A stretch of DNA of 64,000 nt, from the IMG/VR virus record IMGVR_UViG_3300043427_004512. One strand, given 5' to 3'. The translations under genes were made by a program, and so were the position numbers. Shown here piece after piece: positions 17,899 through 26,573 of this stretch (position 1 is the first letter of the stretch; every line of letters begins with the position of its first letter). Origin of the DNA: a virus (Duplodnaviria > Heunggongvirae > Uroviricota > Caudoviricetes). The notes under the pieces were generated by a model that was not told the origin of the DNA, searched no databases, and saw nothing but the letters and a program-made list of their open reading frames with translations.

Positions 17899-18371
17899 TT
17901 CTTTTTCTTTTTTACACAGTTTGGATATTTTTTCCCGAACATTGTCTTCATCCCTTTTTGTGTATATCCTTTCCAACACCTTTCAGTTATTTCTGACTCG
18001 TTCTGTTCCTGTCTTCCTGAATCTGACATATATTCAGAACAAGTTGTTTTATATACTTCAATCAAATACTGACCAAACATAATCTCAGTCATACTTCTTA
18101 AATAATCCAAAACATCACTGATGTAATCCTGCTCAAATATGTCATCATCCACATCATCCAATAATTTATCAATCGCATAATCAATTACAGCAACAGCATA
18201 TTCATATTCATCACCAAAATCGTCACACAGAGTTGGATATTCCAATTCTGCTCTGTTTATATAAGCTTTCAGTGTCTCACGGTTAGCTCTTCTTCTAATT
18301 GAACTAGGAACAGTGGATTCATTTATACCCATCACGTCCTTAATCCTTGATATGTTTTCTTGTAAATTCAT
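17895..18371 (-). CDS. leader-C protein; cargo paralogous to 2562..2903
   Basis: MNLQENISRIKDVMGINES followed by the IRRRANRETL..YEYAVAVIDYAID domain. Confidence 0.6.
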   Translation of the reverse strand: MNLQENISRIKDVMGINESTVPSSIRRRANRETLKAYINRAELEYPTLCDDFGDEYEYAVAVIDYAIDKLLDDVDDDIFEQDYISDVLDYLRSMTEIMFGQYLIEVYKTTCSEYMSDSGRQEQNESEITERCWKGYTQKGMKTMFGKKYPNCVKKKKK

Positions 18372-18949
18372 TTCATTAACTCTAATGCATGTTCGAGACT
18401 TTTAACCCCAAATTTACGTGCTTGAACCAAACGTCTACCCTTGGATGAGTCTTTGTCCCAACATAGAATACACGGACGTTTTTTATTTAACTCATCTTCC
18501 CAATGGTTGTATTGTGTTGTATAGTCCCATATTTTTTTAGTATTTCCCCATCCTTTGGAATATAACCAACCTCCAACATTTCCTCCTGTTCTATCCATTC
18601 CGTTTCTACAATGAATTAAAGTATAACCCTTATCCAAAATTGAATTTACTTTGCTTTGGTCGTTTTCTGCGTCCAAGAGGAAGAAATTACATCCCAAAGA
18701 CTCACAAATCTTTTTTTCCTCGGCTACAGACAAACCTTTACTGTCTCCTCCATCTGCGTTAAACCTAATTATGTTTTTGATTTTGTTAACTCTAATTGTA
18801 TTTTTCAGAACCTCTGAAGGTAATTCACCTGAGCGGAAATTGTTTTTTCCTAATGGGATTTGATGTAAGTTAGTCTGAGTAATACTCGATTGTTCTTTGA
18901 TAAGACCCATGACCTCCTTGATTCTATTTAAGTTTTCAGTTAAGTTCAT
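18368..18949 (-). CDS. leader-C dual-specificity/tyrosine protein phosphatase
   Basis: MNLTENLNRIKEVMG leader; active-site loop HCRNGMDRTG (CX5R). Confidence 0.7.
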   Translation of the reverse strand: MNLTENLNRIKEVMGLIKEQSSITQTNLHQIPLGKNNFRSGELPSEVLKNTIRVNKIKNIIRFNADGGDSKGLSVAEEKKICESLGCNFFLLDAENDQSKVNSILDKGYTLIHCRNGMDRTGGNVGGWLYSKGWGNTKKIWDYTTQYNHWEDELNKKRPCILCWDKDSSKGRRLVQARKFGVKSLEHALELMK

Positions 18950-18954
18950 CTTGA

Positions 18955-19239
18955 TTATAAATTGTCAATAGATTTTATAAGTTTATGACATTTTTGGGAC
19001 ACTTTACCTTTTTCATGGTCTGTTATTGATATTTTGACTTTGTTGTATTTGATTTCAATATCAGGATGATGGTCTTGTTTTTCCGCTATTTTAGCAACTT
19101 TATTAACAAAATCTATGGATTGGTCAAAATTTTTAAATTCAAATGTTTTTTCCAACTTTTTTTCAGAGTCGCCCCATCCTTTAGATTCACTCAAAGTCAT
19201 CACTTCCTTAATCCTTTGTATGTTTTCTTTTAGGTTCAT
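18955..19239 (-). CDS. leader-C pterin-4a-carbinolamine dehydratase-like protein
   Basis: MNLKENIQRIKEVM leader; EKQDHHPDIEIKYNKVKISITDH matches the PCD/DCoH signature. Confidence 0.65.
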   Translation of the reverse strand: MNLKENIQRIKEVMTLSESKGWGDSEKKLEKTFEFKNFDQSIDFVNKVAKIAEKQDHHPDIEIKYNKVKISITDHEKGKVSQKCHKLIKSIDNL

Positions 19240-19907
19240 TACTTTTTAAGTTCTGATGATATTTTAACCGCAATGTCTGCGTCTTTTTTTAAATCTTGAA
19301 CAAGCGTATTAAAATTTTGTAAAGGCTCTTTGAAATATTTCAACTTTGGTGTTTTATTTACTTCTTGAATTAATTGAGAAAGTTTTTTTGATACTTCAGT
19401 TAAACTTTCAGCTAATTCTCCTCCTAAAAATTTGGCAAGTACTAAAAGAAATAAGTATTGAAATTTATTCTTGAATAGAAAAAATTTGGTTCTATCAACT
19501 ATCCCCAACTTTTGACCAATAATCATAATTTCCGCTGGTGTATACTTTAAAACTTGTTTTATTCCTGTTCTAACCATAATTGGTAATGAGTTTCCCGCAA
19601 TTGGAATAAAAGTTGCGCCAAGAGTTATGAAGGCGAGTGTCGCATTTTCTATTCTTTCTTCATCAGTTTTACTGAAAAAATACCTAACAATGTAAGAAAT
19701 AGTGTGGATAATATCTATACCAGCAGATACGAGATTACCAATTCCAGGTATTCCATCAATCGCAGCTGAAACAAGGTCAATTGTGTCATCAAGACCAATT
19801 GAAGGTAAATCTTCATGTTTAGTCCTTGGTTGAAATCTACTGTCAGGAATTTGTTCGTTAATTCCCATGACTTCCTTTATCCTTTGTATATTTTCTTGTA
19901 AGTTCAC
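19239..19907 (-). CDS. leader-C protein with glycine-zipper membrane segment; GTG start
   Basis: leader MNLQENIQRIKEVMGINEQ encoded from the GTG at 19905-19907; IDGIPGIGNLVSAGIDIIHT. Confidence 0.5.
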   Translation of the reverse strand: MNLQENIQRIKEVMGINEQIPDSRFQPRTKHEDLPSIGLDDTIDLVSAAIDGIPGIGNLVSAGIDIIHTISYIVRYFFSKTDEERIENATLAFITLGATFIPIAGNSLPIMVRTGIKQVLKYTPAEIMIIGQKLGIVDRTKFFLFKNKFQYLFLLVLAKFLGGELAESLTEVSKKLSQLIQEVNKTPKLKYFKEPLQNFNTLVQDLKKDADIAVKISSELKK

Positions 19908-19962
19908 AGATTATAAATACAAAAGAAAAAACAATTTTTTCAAGTACTATTGGAATTAATCT

Positions 19963-20250
19963 CTAATAACCATTCTTGATTACAGCTTCCAAAACCTCTA
20001 TTGCTTCTTTGTCTTTTTTAGTTTTGAAAGATTTTAACTTGAGTTCGTTAAGCGCAGTTTGAGCGTCATAACTCCTCGATTCTTTGTATGATTCTACAGG
20101 GATAGTTTTTGAAACGTAATTAGGTAATTGATTTTGAATTGGTTCATTAACCATAACCTTATCACCTTGATATAAAACTTGGTATACTTTTGCTGCTATG
20201 AGTGCATCCTTGATGAAGACTTTCAGAGTCAAATATCTAAATAATTTCAT
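19963..20250 (-). CDS. hypothetical protein
   Basis: 95 aa ORF. Confidence 0.4.
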   Translation of the reverse strand: MKLFRYLTLKVFIKDALIAAKVYQVLYQGDKVMVNEPIQNQLPNYVSKTIPVESYKESRSYDAQTALNELKLKSFKTKKDKEAIEVLEAVIKNGY

Positions 20251-20277
20251 GTAGCTAAGATAAGAAAAACCTTGGTT

Positions 20278-20583
20278 TCAAAATAATTTTCTTTTCCTAA
20301 CTATCAATTTTTCCTTGTCTGAAAGTTTTCGAATTTTTTGGTAAACTTTAAGTAAACGTTCTGTAAGAATCTCATCGAGAAAATCAAACCATTCGTCAAG
20401 TTTATAATCCGAGTCCTCATGGTAATCATTAAGTATTTTCGTAAATATTCTATTTTTGAAACTAGTGAACCACAAAAAATCAGTTCTTTTTGGGTCATTA
20501 ACTATATCATTAATTGTACGGTTGATTACCTTTACAAATCTTTCAACATCAAGTCTTCTTTTTAAATGAATGAAATTATCCAT
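20278..20583 (-). CDS. hypothetical protein
   Basis: 101 aa ORF. Confidence 0.4.
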   Translation of the reverse strand: MDNFIHLKRRLDVERFVKVINRTINDIVNDPKRTDFLWFTSFKNRIFTKILNDYHEDSDYKLDEWFDFLDEILTERLLKVYQKIRKLSDKEKLIVRKRKLF

Positions 20584-20631
20584 ATCTGATTTTGATTAAT
20601 TATAAATAATTCAAAAACTTTTTATTAAAAA

Positions 20632-20880
20632 TCAACTTTGGTTTTCCCACTCGCCATTAAGAATAATCGGAACTATTTCTAAATCAAGATATGGTCCTTC
20701 AGCGGTAGTAAGTGAAGGAATAAAAGTTGGTGTTGGTTGTTCTTGCTCATCCCAAATTAGAATTGTTTTCGTACCAGCTAAATTGAGTCTAAAATAATAT
20801 GAGGACCCATAAAGTTCACTCACAAGTTGTTTGGTGTCAACCAAAGGAATTTCTACAACATTTATGATTAAGTGTGTCAT
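20632..20880 (-). CDS. hypothetical protein
   Basis: 82 aa ORF. Confidence 0.35.
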   Translation of the reverse strand: MTHLIINVVEIPLVDTKQLVSELYGSSYYFRLNLAGTKTILIWDEQEQPTPTFIPSLTTAEGPYLDLEIVPIILNGEWENQS

Positions 20881-20886
20881 ATTTTT

Positions 20887-22050
20887 TTAATAACTTATAC
20901 CAAAAACCAAATTATTAACATTATCATTAATTACATTCAATTCATAATTAGTTAATGCTCTATTATAAAACAATCCCCATTGTATCCCACCAGGCGTATA
21001 TAAATTAAGGAGAGGATTATTATGAAGATATACCGGAATATCAGGCCGAGGAATACTCCAATCTGTAATTGTTACTTCCCACATAAGTGTAAGTGCTGAG
21101 TAAACTGTAAATGGTTGAGACCAATAAAGTTGCACATTATTACCTGATTTTACTAATGTGGTAATCCTGTTTTGAGTATATGTGGTACCGAAAGCTGAAG
21201 CAACTCCAGTTGTGAATCCGTTATATCTAGTACCTGTGGTAGCAGCACTATAAACACTTGAAGGTGTTTCTATCACCATTGAGACTGTAGTAGCTGTTGC
21301 ATTCCAATATTTAATTGCAAAGTTTTTTGTTGCCCCAGTACCCGAGGTAATTATATATTGATTAGGACCATATGTTCCATTTACAGAATGATACATTGAA
21401 AAAGTAAAATCTCCGCTATAATCGTTTGTATTACCTGATATTTCTATTTTACCTGTAAGCCCGTTCATAGCCCAACCACTGTAGGACCTTGACCTTCCTT
21501 GTCCCGCAGGTTGTCCAGCTAATACAGTACTAAAGTCATATCTATTGAATGAAAACTCTTTTCTACCTCCGGAAACATTTGTTGGCAGAAAATTTGAAAT
21601 AAATCCAGTACTCAAACCGCTTGTTGGCATATTCTTGAAATAGAAGTTCATACAAGTAGTATTTTGTAATCCAGAATTATTAATTGCGGAAATGATTGTT
21701 GAGCTCGCTTGAGGAACTCCAGTAGTTGCGGTGGGGGGTTGTGATGAACCTGAAAGCCACTGTATTGTTGCCGAATTATCCGTAGTACTTGATAATGTCA
21801 TGAAACTTGGTGTATCACCTGTGAATATCACCAATTGAGATTTTCCGGGAACAGTATCAAGTGTATTTTGTGTATAAGTAGAATTTTGTCCATTTAGATA
21901 CTCAGGACCAGGATAAAAACCAGTCGTAGCGGTACCCCCATAATCCGCGGTAAATCCTGACCATCCTGTTTCCACTGCAACTGTCAATCCATTCAAGTAG
22001 ATACATCCTGGTGTCTGAACTAATCCTTTTTTGAAATAATTAGGAACCAT
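20887..22050 (-). CDS. LamG/concanavalin-like domain structural protein (tail fibre / receptor-binding candidate)
   Basis: T/S/G/N-rich; C-terminus ..LFYNRALTNYELNVI is typical of a LamG_3 end. Confidence 0.55.
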   Translation of the reverse strand: MVPNYFKKGLVQTPGCIYLNGLTVAVETGWSGFTADYGGTATTGFYPGPEYLNGQNSTYTQNTLDTVPGKSQLVIFTGDTPSFMTLSSTTDNSATIQWLSGSSQPPTATTGVPQASSTIISAINNSGLQNTTCMNFYFKNMPTSGLSTGFISNFLPTNVSGGRKEFSFNRYDFSTVLAGQPAGQGRSRSYSGWAMNGLTGKIEISGNTNDYSGDFTFSMYHSVNGTYGPNQYIITSGTGATKNFAIKYWNATATTVSMVIETPSSVYSAATTGTRYNGFTTGVASAFGTTYTQNRITTLVKSGNNVQLYWSQPFTVYSALTLMWEVTITDWSIPRPDIPVYLHNNPLLNLYTPGGIQWGLFYNRALTNYELNVINDNVNNLVFGISY

Positions 22051-22053
22051 TTT

Positions 22054-22587
22054 TTATTGTTCTTTGTCAAAATTATTTGTACCGTCAGGTTTGACAAAAT
22101 ACACATTTATTTTTTCCTCATCTTGAATAGAATCTAAAGGAACTCCCTTATTATTTTCTGATTTCCAAGGTTTTTCCATAAGAATGGTTTTGTTGTGAGG
22201 TACGATTATTGTAGGAATCATTTTTACTTTAGCCATTTTGTGAGCTGCGAGTCTATGATTTCCATCGACGACTAAATATTTTTTTTCATCTAATGGATGT
22301 TGAACTACGAGAACAGGTGGAAGTTCCATTCCACTTTTGAGAGACATTACCATTTTTGAAACATTTTCACTATTTTGCATGTAATCAAAATCCTTGAATG
22401 GTTCGTTGGGAATCATATCTTTCAAGGGTAAATAAAATTTCTCTCCCTTATTTAATTCTTCACCCGTGTCACTTCCTCCACCATTCGGATATATTCTCAA
22501 TAAGTCTTCATATGGACTTTCTTCTTCAGTTGGAAGTTCCATTATTTCTAATATTCTTTTAATGGTTTCATCTAGCTTCATCATCAT
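22054..22587 (-). CDS. ParB-like nuclease domain protein
   Basis: PVLVVQHPLDEKKYLVVDGNHRLAAHKMA resembles the ParB/Srx fold motif. Confidence 0.45.
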   Translation of the reverse strand: MMMKLDETIKRILEIMELPTEEESPYEDLLRIYPNGGGSDTGEELNKGEKFYLPLKDMIPNEPFKDFDYMQNSENVSKMVMSLKSGMELPPVLVVQHPLDEKKYLVVDGNHRLAAHKMAKVKMIPTIIVPHNKTILMEKPWKSENNKGVPLDSIQDEEKINVYFVKPDGTNNFDKEQ

Positions 22588-22611
22588 AAATACTAAATAA
22601 AAATAAAGATA

Positions 22612-24300
22612 TTAGATGTATCGATATCGAGTTGCGTTATAGTTTTGTAAAACTTGAGAATCATCTAATGAATTTCCATAAAACAAAGTGTATCCTATTT
22701 GTCCTGGAAAAAACTCAGTCCCCGATATACTCGTACCAATTAAAACATTTTGAACTGGGTCTCTAAATCCTTTTATTCCTCCGGCACCAGCTTCAAGAAC
22801 ACCATTCACATAAAGAAGAGCACCTGCACTAAATTGGTCGGATACAATTGCTAAATTTGTCCAACTTGTAGTTGCCGGGACAGTGGTTTCTCCAGAATAA
22901 AAATTTCCGCCTATCAAGATTGAAACACCCCATTTATTTGTACTAGTTTTACTAATACTAAATAACCCATCATCTCCCACATTAAATCCAACTGAATTGA
23001 CAATTTGATGAATATTATTATCCGTTGCTCCTGTATCTCTAACCCATATCTGAATAGAACTGCTTGATGTAACTGAAGGGTCGGATAGAAAATTAACATA
23101 ATCATCGACACCATCAAAGTTGAAAACTCCTCCTGAATCGCTCGAAAATGTTGGAGAGCCTACCAATGTACCTCCTGAAAAAGTACCACTCAAATCTATC
23201 CACCGTGTACCGGTTCTTGGATAACTAATAATACTACCCGGGTCAAATTGTCCGTATATAAAATCATTAATTGAGTTCGAAATATCTTGAACTGTACTAT
23301 TACTAATGATTCCCATGGTAAAACAAACCCATTGGTCGTTGTTTGCCCCCAAACTAAATGTTCCAGGATTCGCCGTTCCTGATAGAGTTTGATAAAGATA
23401 GGCAGCTGCGGTAGTCCCTTGAGTAGCGGATGGTGAACCGATTAAAGTATATCCTGATGGTGGTGTCGCAGTTCCCACTAAATCATCGATAAATACCCAA
23501 GGAACAATCATTGCACCATCTAAGTTTTGGACAAGAGAGGGTGGGTCAGGAGCTCCTGTCGTTGCATTTGCATAAGTTAAACCATTTATGGGTACTGTAA
23601 AACTCACATTTCTGAACGCAGCAACTAAAGTCACATATTGACCGGCAGATGGTGGACTAATGACGACTTCACTGTCAGCAAAACTACTTTGTATGATTTT
23701 ATACGATAATCTATACCTTGTCGCAGTTGCTAAGACACCAGTACCTCCTGATATGTTTATATACCCTAATGTTAGTGGCATTGCAACTGCATTATCATCC
23801 GCATAAGTACCAACAACAACCATATCCAACCTTGTTAAATTAAGAGAAGAAATATCAATTGTTGTTGTATTTGCACTACCCACAAAACCTACGAACTCGA
23901 CATCTGTAAAAACACTTGCAGATGTCCAATACCCATTATTAGTAAGCCAAAGTACCGCTTCTGTTCCCCCTGTAAAAGTTTGAGGAGTATTATTGACCCG
24001 TGAAACCGATTGAGCCAAATTTACCAAACCTGTTTGGTTTTGCCCTTCTGTTCTGTAAAACCCTAATTGAGCCGTGGATGGAATAACAGGTGTTGGTTGA
24101 GTACTTGCAGTTAATGATTGTCCTATTACATAACCCAACTCTTCATCAGGACCCATCCAAAATCTTATTCCATTCGTATTCGTTATATTGTAAAATCCAT
24201 AATCAAAAGTAGTTGCAGTACCTATCATTAGGTTTCCTACCTTGTAAGCCTCAGGAATCGATGTTCCTGTCCAATAAGCAATAGGAGTAGATGTTGGCAT
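22612..24300 (-). CDS. LamG domain fibre-like structural protein, 562 aa
   Basis: FNFDGVDDYVNF...LFYGNSLDDSQVLQNY LamG_3 signature; T/S/G-rich. Confidence 0.6.
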   Translation of the reverse strand: MPTSTPIAYWTGTSIPEAYKVGNLMIGTATTFDYGFYNITNTNGIRFWMGPDEELGYVIGQSLTASTQPTPVIPSTAQLGFYRTEGQNQTGLVNLAQSVSRVNNTPQTFTGGTEAVLWLTNNGYWTSASVFTDVEFVGFVGSANTTTIDISSLNLTRLDMVVVGTYADDNAVAMPLTLGYINISGGTGVLATATRYRLSYKIIQSSFADSEVVISPPSAGQYVTLVAAFRNVSFTVPINGLTYANATTGAPDPPSLVQNLDGAMIVPWVFIDDLVGTATPPSGYTLIGSPSATQGTTAAAYLYQTLSGTANPGTFSLGANNDQWVCFTMGIISNSTVQDISNSINDFIYGQFDPGSIISYPRTGTRWIDLSGTFSGGTLVGSPTFSSDSGGVFNFDGVDDYVNFLSDPSVTSSSSIQIWVRDTGATDNNIHQIVNSVGFNVGDDGLFSISKTSTNKWGVSILIGGNFYSGETTVPATTSWTNLAIVSDQFSAGALLYVNGVLEAGAGGIKGFRDPVQNVLIGTSISGTEFFPGQIGYTLFYGNSLDDSQVLQNYNATRYRYI

Positions 24301-24348
24301 AACAATAAATACTTTATCTACCGTTTATAAAGAAAAATAAATATCTAA

Positions 24349-24549
24349 TTAATCATACCACTTTTTATTTTTTTTCTTTTTTTCTCCAATTGAGTAATCA
24401 ATTGCAAAACCCAAAAAATAAGCACTTATAAGTAATAAAATATCAACGAATCTATCTGTCCAACTTGACATCACCCATTTTATAATCAAATATGTAAAAA
24501 CCAGTATAAGGGAGCCTAATATTAATCTTTCAATATGTTTGAACCACAT
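24349..24549 (-). CDS. small membrane protein
   Basis: 2 TM helices, KKKKNKKWYD tail. Confidence 0.4.
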   Translation of the reverse strand: MWFKHIERLILGSLILVFTYLIIKWVMSSWTDRFVDILLLISAYFLGFAIDYSIGEKKKKNKKWYD

Positions 24550-24552
24550 AAA

Positions 24553-24768
24553 TTATTTTTTTTCTTCTTGAATAATTCTAAAGTTTAAGACTCTTTTTCC
24601 ATTTACTGTCGGCATCCCATATTCATCTTTGCCAATTGTTTTAACGGTAGTTTTTTTGTTTCTAAAACGACCGGTATAAATAATGTCCCCAACTTTGAGA
24701 GGAACATAAATTCCGTTGATTCTATTATCCTTCATGTGGTGTAGATACTCCTCTTTTTCTAACAACAA
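24553..24768 (-). CDS. hypothetical protein (71 aa)
   Basis: ORF track; overlaps the next gene by 44 nt. Confidence 0.35.
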   Translation of the reverse strand: MLLEKEEYLHHMKDNRINGIYVPLKVGDIIYTGRFRNKKTTVKTIGKDEYGMPTVNGKRVLNFRIIQEEKK

Positions 24769-25480
24769 TTGACGACAATCTATTCGCTTCGTTTATTGAA
24801 AATTCTATATCTTCAGTTTTGAGAAACGAGACCACGAATCCTGCAACGAATGTATCACCCGCACCACTTACGTCTATGGTTTCTTGTGGCGAATCTGAAG
24901 AGTAAATTTTTCCCTTGTATTTTGCACCTTTACTACCTAACGTTATTATTATTCTTTTTAATAATTCCTCATCTTCTGTAAAATTATTTTCAAACTCTTT
25001 TTCATTTAATTTTACAAAACTGAAACATTTAATAGTTTCACTCTTAAGTTTTTTCTTCGTATCTAAAACAGAAATCTTTGCATATTGAGCTAACTCACAC
25101 AAATCATCTTCATGAAGAAAACCCTTATCATAATCCGATATTATCAACGCATCAGCCTTTCTTATGTAATGAATTAATATATCGGTAATTTTAATTCTTC
25201 TAACTTTTGATTCTTCATCTACTCTGATGAACGGATAATTACTTTTTCTATCAACGTATCGTGTTTTTTTAATAACTTCATCTTGATGAAAACCCTTGAT
25301 GTTTGATGAATGGTCTCGTGTTATTGCACTAATATTTCTTACTACATTTCCCGCCATACCATCAGTTGATGTTGTATGCTGTGGAAGAAAAACAGGAATA
25401 GGTGCCTCAGGTGATAATCTATCTGCATCACCATAAACAAACACATCAAAACACTTTTCCCCAATCACTACTATATTCAT
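24725..25480 (-). CDS. hldE: D-beta-D-heptose 7-phosphate kinase-like (RfaE/HldE domain I, PfkB family)
   Basis: IVVIGEKCFDVFVYGDADRLSPEAPIPVF matches the HldE N-terminus; the GAGDTF ribokinase motif is near the C-terminus. Confidence 0.7.
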   Translation of the reverse strand: MNIVVIGEKCFDVFVYGDADRLSPEAPIPVFLPQHTTSTDGMAGNVVRNISAITRDHSSNIKGFHQDEVIKKTRYVDRKSNYPFIRVDEESKVRRIKITDILIHYIRKADALIISDYDKGFLHEDDLCELAQYAKISVLDTKKKLKSETIKCFSFVKLNEKEFENNFTEDEELLKRIIITLGSKGAKYKGKIYSSDSPQETIDVSGAGDTFVAGFVVSFLKTEDIEFSINEANRLSSIVVRKRGVSTPHEG

Positions 25481-25883
25481 AATTAAAAATCTCTGTTGTT
25501 GATTTATTACTTAGTTTAGGAAAGTACAATATCTGTTTTGCGAACTCTGAACCAACGACTTCTTTTTCCTTATACTCTTCACCGACAACAATTATATCGG
25601 TTTCGTATTCCTTAATTTTTTGTCTCAACTCATCATCTGAACCAAATGAAACTACACTATCAACAAACTTTATCGAGGATATAAACTCTACCCTTTCTTC
25701 AAGTCTGTTGAATGGTCTTGTAAGTCCTTTTCTATCTCTAATTCTTTCATCTGTGTCTAATCCTACTCGGACCTTACCAAAAGTACTGGCAAATTCCAAT
25801 AGTCTAATATGACCCAAATGCATTACATCAAATGTTCCGTTTACCCAAATATTCATAACTTTTTTTGTGAGTCTCCTTTCCAA
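25446..25883 (-). CDS. hldE: heptose 1-phosphate adenylyltransferase-like cytidylyltransferase (RfaE/HldE domain II)
   Basis: WVNGTFDVMHLGHIRLLEFA contains the nucleotidyltransferase HxGH motif. Confidence 0.65.
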   Translation of the reverse strand: MERRLTKKVMNIWVNGTFDVMHLGHIRLLEFASTFGKVRVGLDTDERIRDRKGLTRPFNRLEERVEFISSIKFVDSVVSFGSDDELRQKIKEYETDIIVVGEEYKEKEVVGSEFAKQILYFPKLSNKSTTEIFNYEYSSDWGKVF

Positions 25884-26245
25884 ACCCTATAAGAATCAGA
25901 GTCAAAATGTTGTGTTGATACTTCAAATATTTCCCCTTCTTCCAAACATTCTAGTTGATGCGGTTGACCTGGTCTTTGTCTAACAGTATCACCACTTTTT
26001 AAAATTATCTCTTTAACATCCGCAGTTTCAGTATCAATCCATCTATACATGAACTCCCCATAATTCACATACCATGTTTCATCTTTAATCATGTGGTAAT
26101 GCATGGAGAACTTTGCGCCTAACTTGAAACGTAGAAGTTTTCCGCAATAAAGTTCGTGATTACAAATTATAATCTCTTCACCCCATCCTTTTGGAATTTT
26201 ACATCCAGGACATTCATTTACATTTATAACTTCAGGTCTTTCCAT
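25853..26245 (-). CDS. cupin-fold protein (possible sugar-phosphate isomerase/epimerase)
   Basis: small beta-barrel cupin pattern; lies in an operon with the heptose enzymes. Confidence 0.4.
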   Translation of the reverse strand: MERPEVINVNECPGCKIPKGWGEEIIICNHELYCGKLLRFKLGAKFSMHYHMIKDETWYVNYGEFMYRWIDTETADVKEIILKSGDTVRQRPGQPHQLECLEEGEIFEVSTQHFDSDSYRVWKGDSQKKL

Positions 26246-26556
26246 GATTCAAATTTTAAACCTTTATCATCGATATAAACATCCGCATCAGGCTTACCAA
26301 AGTAAATCTCATCGTAGGGTATTTCGTATTTTTTTAACCAATCAAATAATACTGGACCCTGTATTGCATTAATCTTTCCAAGATTACCTGCAAGAGTTTT
26401 CATGTTTCTCGCAGTATATAAAATGATGTAATGACCCTGTTCACTTAACTTTTTTAAAGTTTCAACAGCACCCTCTTTTGGTTTAACGTCCTTATAAAAT
26501 TGTTTTTCTTCTCTTAATTCTGCAATAGTTCCATCAATATCGAAACAATATCTCAT
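26224..26556 (-). CDS. HAD-superfamily phosphatase (GmhB/KdsC-like mini-HAD)
   Basis: CFDIDGTI motif I, YTAR motif II, GKPDADVYIDDK motif III. Confidence 0.55.
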   Translation of the reverse strand: MRYCFDIDGTIAELREEKQFYKDVKPKEGAVETLKKLSEQGHYIILYTARNMKTLAGNLGKINAIQGPVLFDWLKKYEIPYDEIYFGKPDADVYIDDKGLKFESWKDLKL

Positions 26557-26573
26557 TAAGAAAATATAATAAA

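Noticed and set aside
17899-17979. 27-aa N-terminal extension of the 17422 ORF (MLERIYTKRDEDNVREKISKLCKKEKE)
   Set aside because: It overlaps the 3' end of the upstream gene. The internal Met restores the conserved family-C leader with an ATGA coupling overlap, so the extension is an ORF-caller artefact.
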